A stretch of 24,000 nucleotides of DNA from Candidatus Aquicultor sp. Lineage in GTDB: Bacteria > Actinomycetota > Aquicultoria > Aquicultorales > Aquicultoraceae. The notes beneath the pieces were generated by a model, which made no database searches, was not told the DNA's origin, and worked only from the letters and a program-made list of their open reading frames with translations. The stretch is taken from the NCBI GenBank assembly GCA_036504445.1, contig DASXVE010000025.1, positions 353,955 to 377,954 of the forward strand, given 5' to 3'. Within the stretch, counting starts at the first letter, position 1. Every line of letters begins with the position of its first letter. A program made the position numbers and the translations under genes. This document shows positions 16,011 through 23,145 of this stretch, piece after piece.

Positions 16011-17444
16011 TTATTGCGGTACTTTGGCCATCAAGTATTCATGAATGGCGTCAGCGGCTTTGCGGCCCGCACCGGCGGCTAAAATTACGGTTGCCGCTCC
16101 GGTGACAATGTCGCCACCGGCAAACACGCCGGGTTTGCTGGTTGCGCCGTTCTCGCCGGCCACGATATAGCCGCGCTTGTTAAGCTCAAGACCGGGTGTC
16201 GACGCTGGAATAATCGGGTTTGACCCGGTACCGATCGACATGATGACAGTATCCACATCGAGCACGAACTCCGACCCCGGAACTTCGACCGGGCGGCGCC
16301 TCCCCGAAGCATCCGGCTCGCCGAGCTCCATCTGGATGCACTTCATGCCTTTAACCCAACCCTCGGCGCCCAGAATCTCAACCGGGTTATTGAGCAGCAA
16401 GAATTCCACGCCTTCTTCGATCGCGTGGTGGACTTCTTCTTTACGCGCCGGAAGTTCTTCCATCGAACGGCGATATACCAGGTAGACCTTCTTGGCGCCG
16501 AGGCGAAGCGCGGTACGCGCCGAATCCATCGCCACGTTTCCGCCGCCGACAACCGCGACATAATCGCCCTTTTTAATCGGCGTATCGTACTCCGGGAAGA
16601 GATACGCTTTCATTAGATTTGTCCTGGTTAGAAACTCGTTTGCCGAGTATACGCCATTTAAATTCTCGCCGGGGATATTCATAAACATCGGTAACCCCGC
16701 ACCACTGCCGATAAAGACCGCGTCATAACCGGCGCCTAAGAGCTCATCAACAGTGTAGAGCTTGCCGACGACCGAGTTAACCTCGATCTCGACACCGAGC
16801 TTCTTAATGCCGTCGACCTCGTGCTGCACGATGGCCTTGGGAAGCCTGAATTCCGGGATGCCGTAGATCAAAACGCCGCCCGCTTTATGCAGCGCTTCAA
16901 AGATTTTTACTTTGTGACCCTTTTTGGCCAAATCGGATGCAACCGTCAAACCGGCCGGGCCGCTGCCGATAACCGCAACCTTATAACCGGTCGGCTCTAC
17001 GTGAGGTGTTTCACCGTTGCCCGCGCCCACGGTGCGTTCCCAGTCCGCTACGTAGCGCTCGAGGCGCCCGATGGCAACCGGCTCGTTTTTCTTGCCGAGC
17101 GTACAGAACTTCTCGCACTGGCTCTCTTGCGGGCACACGCGTCCGCAGATCGCCGGAACGCTCGATTTTTCTTTAATTTTCTTGATTGCCCCGGCAAAGT
17201 CTCCCTCTTTTACCTTGGCTATAAATTCAGGGATAGGAATTTCAACCGGGCAGCCCTCGACACACGGCCGGTTTTTACACTCCATGCAGCGTGCTGCCTC
17301 ACGAAATGCGTCCTCCTCAGAGTAGCCGACCGTAACCTCTTTAAAGTTTCTCCCGCGCTCAACCGGATTTTGCTCGGGCATAGGCGTGCGGGTTTTTCGC
17401 ATCTCTTTTAACTCTTCTTTTGAGTATTCTTTCTTCTCTGCCAT
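16011..17444 (-). CDS. nfnB: NADPH-dependent glutamate synthase beta-chain-like oxidoreductase (NfnB / SudA / GltA-type)
   Basis: The Fe-S motif CMECKNRPCVEGCPV and ..CGRVCP..CE..C are present. FAD and NADPH Rossmann motifs read VAVIGSGPAGLTVASDL and VAVVGGGNVAMDSA. The 477-aa length and pairing with the upstream NfnA-like gene fit this family. Confidence 0.88.
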   Translation of the reverse strand: MAEKKEYSKEELKEMRKTRTPMPEQNPVERGRNFKEVTVGYSEEDAFREAARCMECKNRPCVEGCPVEIPIPEFIAKVKEGDFAGAIKKIKEKSSVPAICGRVCPQESQCEKFCTLGKKNEPVAIGRLERYVADWERTVGAGNGETPHVEPTGYKVAVIGSGPAGLTVASDLAKKGHKVKIFEALHKAGGVLIYGIPEFRLPKAIVQHEVDGIKKLGVEIEVNSVVGKLYTVDELLGAGYDAVFIGSGAGLPMFMNIPGENLNGVYSANEFLTRTNLMKAYLFPEYDTPIKKGDYVAVVGGGNVAMDSARTALRLGAKKVYLVYRRSMEELPARKEEVHHAIEEGVEFLLLNNPVEILGAEGWVKGMKCIQMELGEPDASGRRRPVEVPGSEFVLDVDTVIMSIGTGSNPIIPASTPGLELNKRGYIVAGENGATSKPGVFAGGDIVTGAATVILAAGAGRKAADAIHEYLMAKVPQ

Positions 17445-17462
17445 ATCTCTCCCACCTTTACC

Positions 17463-18302
17463 CTAGCTATGGTGAACGCAGTTGCACTCATGGCGTTCCA
17501 TTGCCTCTTTTTCCTCAGTTAAGTATGTGCGCTGGCGCGACATTAAAAGATCCCAGTCGACCAAATGGCCGTCAAAGTCCGGCCCGTCGGTGCAGCCGAA
17601 CTTGGTTTGCCCACCGACGGAAACACGACAGGCGCCGCACATGCCGGTGCCGTCGACCATAATCGGGTTTAAGCTGACAAACGTTTTCACGTTATAGGGT
17701 TTCGTGGTAAGCGCGACGAACTTCATCATGATTGCCGGCCCGATCGCCATTATAAAATCGGCGCCATTGGTCTCGATTTCTTGCTTGAGGACCTCAGTAA
17801 CCAGGCCTTTGTGCCCCTTACTGCCGTCATCGGTGGAAACGAGAACCTGATCGCTAAACTCAGCGAGTTCATCCTCATAAATTAGAAGATCGGCGGAACG
17901 TGCGCCGATAACTGAAGTTACTGTATTGCCCGCCTCTTTGAGCGCCTTGCCGATCGGATACATCGGAGCGGCACCAAAACCGCCGCCGACCAGCACAACG
18001 CGCCCGTAGTTTTCGATAGGTGTCTGGTGGCCCATCGGGCCGGCGATGTCCGAGAGGCTATCGCCCTCGTTGAGCTCTGAGAACTTTGTCGAGGTTACGC
18101 CGACCGTCTGAACGACTAAACCAAGCGTCCCCTCTTCGGGATTAATGCGGGCCAACGAGAGCGGAATGCGCTCGCCCTCTTCATCGACGCGAACAACTAC
18201 GAATTGCCCAGCCTTGGCTTTTTTGGCAATCTCCGGAGCCGCGACCGTGAAGAAAAACAAATCAGACCGCAGCGCCTGTTTCTTTAAAATCTTATTCGCC
18301 AC
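17463..18302 (-). CDS. nfnA: Sulfide/dihydroorotate dehydrogenase-like FAD/NAD-binding subunit (NfnA / SudB-type) with C-terminal 2Fe-2S motif
   Basis: The sequence shows ..AGQFVVVRVDEEGERIPLSLA.., LVGGGFGAAPM, and C-terminal GTGMCGACRV..C. The product is 279 aa. The GTG start follows GGGAGAGGAG. Confidence 0.88.
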   Translation of the reverse strand: MANKILKKQALRSDLFFFTVAAPEIAKKAKAGQFVVVRVDEEGERIPLSLARINPEEGTLGLVVQTVGVTSTKFSELNEGDSLSDIAGPMGHQTPIENYGRVVLVGGGFGAAPMYPIGKALKEAGNTVTSVIGARSADLLIYEDELAEFSDQVLVSTDDGSKGHKGLVTEVLKQEIETNGADFIMAIGPAIMMKFVALTTKPYNVKTFVSLNPIMVDGTGMCGACRVSVGGQTKFGCTDGPDFDGHLVDWDLLMSRQRTYLTEEKEAMERHECNCVHHS

Positions 18303-18381
18303 TACTGCACTCCTCTCCCTTGTAACACCTAAAATCGCACCATAACAATGTAATTATTGATACAATGTCTATTACCTTTTT

Positions 18382-18410
18382 AGATTAGCCACCACACCAG
18401 TTGTTGTCAA
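18382..18410 (-). promoter_or_regulatory. Candidate promoter for the nfnAB-like operon
   Basis: The minus strand reads TTGACA (18405-18410), a 17-nt spacer, then TAATCT (18382-18387). Confidence 0.4.
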
Positions 18411-18497
18411 GGATTTCTCAAGGTGTAAGCCACTACCTATATAGGATTTAGGCATACACCCCTCATAATGTAAAGAGCGGATAAATGGGATAGCAGG

Positions 18498-19490
18498 CTA
18501 CACTCCGGCGCCCTGCAAAAGCGATTCGGCCTCTTCGGGGGTTTGAACGTCCCACTTGCCGCAGCGGCCGCCCCAACAGGCAATCGCTTTGCCTGCTACC
18601 TGGATTTTTACGATCTCACAGTTGTTCTCGCACCCTTTGCAATGAAAACTTCGCGTCTGGTAATCGATATCGGCGACCTCAAAGCCTTTGAAGTTGGTGG
18701 CTTTATCCCGTACCGATGCCCGTGCCAAGAGGGCGGCGCCGAGCGCGCCCATAACATGATAATGCTTGGGTATTGTGACCTCTGCCTGAAGCGCGTCCTC
18801 GAACGCCTTCTTCATGCCGGCATTTGCCGCGACGCCGCCTTGAAATACGATCGGCGCCAGCAGGTCCTTCCCCTTCGCCAGGTTGTTGAGGTAGTTGCGC
18901 ACCAAGGCCTGGCAGAGGCCGTAAATTATATCTTCCATACGGTAGCCCATTTGCTGTTTGTGAATCATGTCCGACTCGGCAAACACCGAGCAGCGCCCGG
19001 CAATCTGGCACGACGCAGACGATTTAAGAGCATAATCGCCAAACTCCTCGATTGGGATACCGAGGCGGGCTGCCTGGTGATCGAGAAACGAACCGGTTCC
19101 GGCAGCGCAGACGGTGTTCATTGCAAAATCGACGACAATACCGTCGCGCAACAAAATGATCTTCGAATCCTGTCCGCCGATCTCGAGCACCGTTCGCACC
19201 TGCGGTACCACGTGGCTTGCCGCCACCGCGTGCGCCGTGATTTCATTCTTGACGATATCGGCACCGACCATCACTCCGCTCAGATACCGGGCGCTTCCCG
19301 TCGTGCCGACACCGGCTAGCTCGACATCATCGGAGATTTCCAAGGCGAGCTGCCGCATACCGTCTTTTACCGCCACGATCGGCTGGCCTTTCGTTCGGAT
19401 ATAGATATAGTTGACGATGTCACCGCGCTCGTCCGTTACCACCAGATTCGTGCTGACCGAACCGACATCGATCCCCAAGAAACCCCTCAT
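18498..19490 (-). CDS. BadF/BadG/BcrA/BcrD-type ATPase (HgdC-like radical-enzyme activase) with C-terminal Cys-rich extension
   Basis: FLGIDVGSVSTNLVV is the ASKHA phosphate-1 motif. The cluster-bridging cysteines lie in NTVCAAGTG and GRCSVFAES. The extra C-terminal motif reads CKGCENNCEIV..CWGGRCGKW. The RBS is TAGGAGGAAAG. Confidence 0.92.
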   Translation of the reverse strand: MRGFLGIDVGSVSTNLVVTDERGDIVNYIYIRTKGQPIVAVKDGMRQLALEISDDVELAGVGTTGSARYLSGVMVGADIVKNEITAHAVAASHVVPQVRTVLEIGGQDSKIILLRDGIVVDFAMNTVCAAGTGSFLDHQAARLGIPIEEFGDYALKSSASCQIAGRCSVFAESDMIHKQQMGYRMEDIIYGLCQALVRNYLNNLAKGKDLLAPIVFQGGVAANAGMKKAFEDALQAEVTIPKHYHVMGALGAALLARASVRDKATNFKGFEVADIDYQTRSFHCKGCENNCEIVKIQVAGKAIACWGGRCGKWDVQTPEEAESLLQGAGV

Positions 19491-19604
19491 GCGTGCTTTC
19501 CTCCTATATCAACAACAGCGTACACATTAGTTATTAGTTACGCTTACTCGATAAGCTTAAATATATCCGCACCCGCAATTGCCCGCGGGTGTGTTCTCTG
19601 CCAA

Positions 19605-20720
19605 CTACTTGCTCAGCGCAAACTCGGCGGTTGCACCTGTTCTTTTGTGCGTTTTCTTGCTATTGAGCAGATCTAGAAATGCTTCGAGACGCGTCAGCGT
19701 TCCGGCGCGACCGGTTTGCTCGTCGATGACAAAGGATATCGATGGGATGTCAAAATCCCTGCTGACCTGCGGCAGTATCGACTTGGCGATAGTGTCCGGC
19801 ATGCAGGTAAACGGGAAGAGATGCAAAATGCCGTCAAACCCCTCGCACCCGTAAATCACCGAATGGCCAACACTGGGCAAACCTTCGCCGCCGACAAAGT
19901 GATTCAGATACGGTTTTGCCGCCTGTGCGATTTCCTCGTCGGAGATTCCCATAATCGGGTTCTTCGTCGAGGGGCTGATCCAATCGGTGACGTAAACCGA
20001 GCGATCAAGAGATACGCCCATATTGCCAAGCCACTCCTCGACATCGAAATTAATAAACGGCTCGAGCAGGATAAAAAATTCGCCGATTATACCCATCTTT
20101 AAGACGTCGCGCTCCATGTCTTTCTCAACACCTTCGAGTACAGCGAACGCTTCTTCACACACCGCATCGATCTCGGCTTCACTATATGCGGCATCGATTA
20201 TAGCGAGCGCCTTTTTATACGCCCGCGTGCTGTCGCCTTGGTGAAGCTCGTAGCAGCGATATTTAAGCGTGTATTTCTCGAGCTCATCCATCATGCGCGC
20301 CTTTTTAAAGCTGACCCGGACCAGCCGCCAAATCTGGTACACTGATTTTCCCGGTGCAAGTAGCTTCAGCGTATCGACAAAGAGCTTCCACCCGGCGGCC
20401 GGCGGTTCGAGTACGATCATGTCGAATTTATAACCGGCGTCTTCGAGTACGCATCGCTGTATCTCAGCGTAATAACCGAAGCGGCACGGCCCGACGCCGC
20501 CCGCCATAAGCAGTGTATCTGCCCCCTGTTCGAGCGCCTCGATAAAGTTTCCGATCGTGATTTTTAGCGGCAGGCATGCGAACTCAGGAGAGTAACGCAA
20601 TCCGAGCTGTAGCGTCTTTGCGCTGGTTTGCGGGGGCACAATGTAATCGATGCCACTGCGATTAAAGAGATCTGAGAGCACCATATCGAGCTTTCCCATG
20701 CGAGGAAATGTAATCTTCAC
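19605..20720 (-). CDS. Acyl-CoA dehydratase activase-related protein (DUF2229 family), paralogue B
   Basis: (M)KITFPRMGKLDMVLSDLFNRSGIDYIVPP..SPEFACLPLKITIGNFIEAL..GPCRFGYY are family-typical motifs. GTG 20720 lies 8 nt after GGAGG and overlaps the upstream TAG (TAGTG). The track start ATG 20735 is the alternative. Confidence 0.8.
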   Translation of the reverse strand: MKITFPRMGKLDMVLSDLFNRSGIDYIVPPQTSAKTLQLGLRYSPEFACLPLKITIGNFIEALEQGADTLLMAGGVGPCRFGYYAEIQRCVLEDAGYKFDMIVLEPPAAGWKLFVDTLKLLAPGKSVYQIWRLVRVSFKKARMMDELEKYTLKYRCYELHQGDSTRAYKKALAIIDAAYSEAEIDAVCEEAFAVLEGVEKDMERDVLKMGIIGEFFILLEPFINFDVEEWLGNMGVSLDRSVYVTDWISPSTKNPIMGISDEEIAQAAKPYLNHFVGGEGLPSVGHSVIYGCEGFDGILHLFPFTCMPDTIAKSILPQVSRDFDIPSISFVIDEQTGRAGTLTRLEAFLDLLNSKKTHKRTGATAEFALSK

Positions 20721-21670
20721 TACATCGACCTCCATTTAAGCATATCGATAAACGCTTCAACTCGCGTGATGAGACCCGCTTCACCGCTGTGCTCGTCGAC
20801 GACGAGCGACATCAGCGGCGTGCCGCCGTGCTTTTTCGCCTCGGATTCAAGAAGCACCTGGATAAGCGAGTCCGGTCCGCAGGCAAATGAGAGCACGTAG
20901 ATGATACCATCGACGTTCTTCTTATGAATCCAGTGAAGCGCCCCGCCGACCACTTCCTTTTCGTAAGACCAGAACAGGCGCTTCGGCAAGCGATCCGCCT
21001 CGTGCTCGAGAGTTTTCGGCAGGATCATCTCGGTCGTGGTAACGTCGGCACCCCAGCCGCGAAGCTTCTTGATCAGATTCAAACTCGTATACGAGTCGTA
21101 AACGTTATACGGATGCCCGACGACCCCTATTTTTAGCCCCCCTCGAGCGGGTTGCGGCTCGACGCCGGCGATTGCTTCAACCGGGGTAAGCCCCGCTTCG
21201 AGTTTCTTTTGGAACGCCTTTTGCGCGGTGACCCCGTCCATCCAGGCGCGGATTGTCTGGGATTTCTTATTCGTAAAGAACTTGCCGAAATCCAATATTG
21301 CTTGGTAGAACTTACGGGTGCCCAAGCGCGCATTGAATTCCGGCTCTAGTATCAGTGGTAGCGCCGTGTCCGCGGTTTTCGCAAGGTCGGGCAAGCCCAA
21401 AAACTTCGGGCACGTATACGCACCGCTCTCAACACTTATAACCCGTGGGATAAACAGCGCGTCAACGCAATCTTTTACATCGAGGACGTGTCCGAAAAAC
21501 ACCTTAACCGGCAAGCAAAGCTCATTTTCGGCGGCGGCGGTTCCCAAATTAATCGTCTTCTTCGTCGTCGGATTGGACACGGCTATCTCGGCTCCTAAGC
21601 CGTGCAAAAACGATTCCCATAAGGGATAGTACTTGTAATACAACAACGCTTGTGGAACACCTACGGTCAC
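20720..21670 (-). CDS. Acyl-CoA dehydratase activase-related protein (DUF2229 family), paralogue A
   Basis: (M)TVGVPQALLYYKYYPLWESFLHGLGAEIAVSNPTTKK..ENELCLPVKVFFGHV is a family-typical N-terminus. GTG 21670 follows AAGGGTGA. The track start ATG 21748 would add 26 aa with no RBS. Confidence 0.78.
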   Translation of the reverse strand: MTVGVPQALLYYKYYPLWESFLHGLGAEIAVSNPTTKKTINLGTAAAENELCLPVKVFFGHVLDVKDCVDALFIPRVISVESGAYTCPKFLGLPDLAKTADTALPLILEPEFNARLGTRKFYQAILDFGKFFTNKKSQTIRAWMDGVTAQKAFQKKLEAGLTPVEAIAGVEPQPARGGLKIGVVGHPYNVYDSYTSLNLIKKLRGWGADVTTTEMILPKTLEHEADRLPKRLFWSYEKEVVGGALHWIHKKNVDGIIYVLSFACGPDSLIQVLLESEAKKHGGTPLMSLVVDEHSGEAGLITRVEAFIDMLKWRSM

Positions 21671-21983
21671 ACTCACCCTTACGAAACACCCCCATATACT
21701 AAAGGCATGATGCAGCAGGCTCCCCCCCTGAAGAGAAAGCCGCTTCATGCCCGGCTTAGCGATTTTGCAAGCAAACGCCTATTGGGTGATTTGTCCTGAA
21801 CATACCCGCTCTCGATACTTTTAAAACTCGCGTACTATATTTTAAATAGCAACACAACGTATTATCTGGTTATAACCGCTTACCCGGCATTTGAGCGTAC
21901 TTGGCTGAGATCAATGCAGTTGAAATAAGCGCTGAAGCGGCATGCGAAGGTAAGCATGTAATGCAAACTAATGCGTCTATCGT

Positions 21984-22008
21984 AAAAAAAGAGGGAGCGT
22001 TAACTCCC
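21984..22008 (-). terminator. Rho-independent terminator after the small membrane-protein gene
   Basis: On the minus strand, GGGAGT-taac-GCTCCC is followed by TCTTTTTTT, starting 5 nt after the stop at 22013. Confidence 0.75.
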
Positions 22009-22012
22009 TGTA

Positions 22013-22201
22013 TTAGATTAGCCGGGCCAGGTGAAATACCGTCGCCATGAGTGCAAAGAACACCAGTACGTATAGAATGCTTATGAGTGCGTTCGAGAAG
22101 GCAACGATCCCCAGAAGCTGTACTACAACCAGCATGGTGGCAATGGCAAGAACCGCATAAACCAAGCTCCACAACGGGGCACGCTGCATTCTAGCGGCCA
22201 T
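22013..22201 (-). CDS. Small (62 aa) two-helix membrane protein, function unknown
   Basis: ATG 22201 lies 6 nt after AGGAGGTG. The two hydrophobic helices read LWSLVYAVLAIATMLVVVQLLGIVAF and LISILYVLVFFALMATVF. The gene has its own terminator. Confidence 0.6.
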   Translation of the reverse strand: MAARMQRAPLWSLVYAVLAIATMLVVVQLLGIVAFSNALISILYVLVFFALMATVFHLARLI

Positions 22202-22384
22202 TATCGCCACCTCCTTACACAGTATATATACCCACTATTTGCCAACCTCAGCCAATACGAGTGCTCATGCTCTGGCACATGGGTCTATCATACTATTGAT
22301 GTTTCACCTAGACATTAATATTTGCATCCGCATCTCTAATTACGGCGTTCTAGTGCTCTTATTGTGAAATTTGTTTCGCTGGTC

Positions 22385-23137
22385 CTAATATCGTTCTGGA
22401 TAAAACAGATTTCGAACTTCAAATCTTCCCTGGACTAAAAGGGCAAGATCATACATCGCCATATCTTGATCTATTAGCGGTCGTAATGCACGAAGCCTAA
22501 CATAAAGACTCGGATGGCACTTGCTGATCAGCTTTCTTGAACCGCAAAGGCACGGCGTATCTGCTTTAATCGCATCACTCGTTGCGAGAAACTTAACGCT
22601 ACTAATGATCAATGAGTTATCCTCGACTTGAAGTTCTTCACGATAGAATTGCATTGTGCCAATAAATCCATGGCCATACTCACCAGCAGGCCACTTACCG
22701 GTTTTTTCGAAATAGCTCTGCTCGTAAAAAAACCATATTATGAGTTCGTTTAGTAGCGTTTCTATTGTTGTGTTCCTATTACAATAACGCTTTTTTGCTG
22801 CTGCATAGCAAAGGCAGGCCTTGCCTTCACGAAAGTAATGCAGGTTCGCGCTATTGTTTAGTTTCCAGATTTGCATAACTTTCTCTTTGCGACCCCCGAC
22901 CTCATAAACTCCTGGGAGAGCGTAAGGATAATCGTCCGGGAATTCAATTCTTACTCTATACGAATCCTGTATATATAGCCCCTCGACTGTGCCATCAAGG
23001 GGCAGAACGCCGACTAACACTACTCTACCTTGCTCTTCTTGGCAGTAAAGTGTTGGAAATTTTCCCTCGACAAGCGTTCGTTCTGCACGATAGAATTCTT
23101 CCTCACGTTTATACCAGGGTTCCATCTTCAGCTTCAT
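22385..23137 (-). CDS. Stand-alone E2/UBC-like protein with C-terminal SEC-C-type zinc knuckle (CBASS Cap2-like, E2-only)
   Basis: VLVGVLPLDGTVEGLYIQDSYRVRIEFPDDYPYALPGVYEV..NLHYFREGKACLCY follows the UBC pattern (beta-meander, FPxxYPxxxPxV, His, then Gly-x-x-Cys-Leu). CLCGSRKLISKCH (22514-22552) has the spacing of SEC-C motifs. The gene starts 8 nt after the CD-NTase stop. Confidence 0.7.
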   Translation of the reverse strand: MKLKMEPWYKREEEFYRAERTLVEGKFPTLYCQEEQGRVVLVGVLPLDGTVEGLYIQDSYRVRIEFPDDYPYALPGVYEVGGRKEKVMQIWKLNNSANLHYFREGKACLCYAAAKKRYCNRNTTIETLLNELIIWFFYEQSYFEKTGKWPAGEYGHGFIGTMQFYREELQVEDNSLIISSVKFLATSDAIKADTPCLCGSRKLISKCHPSLYVRLRALRPLIDQDMAMYDLALLVQGRFEVRNLFYPERY

Positions 23138-23145
23138 GGTATTTA

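Noticed and set aside
10169-19319. Long antisense or overlapping ORFs inside real genes, for example 14290-15165 (291 aa), 18543-19319 (258 aa), 16821-17411, 11476-12736 (several) and 10169-10603.
   Set aside because: These are shadow ORFs opposite strongly supported genes (UPF0210, activase, nfnB, MCP, propeller). Their products are Ser/Ala/Arg/Pro-rich with no motifs and no SD sites.
21870-22172. A 100-aa ORF overlapping the small membrane-protein gene in another frame.
   Set aside because: It has no SD and a Cys/His/Gly-rich unstructured translation. The competing 62-aa frame has a strong SD, two clean TM helices and a terminator.
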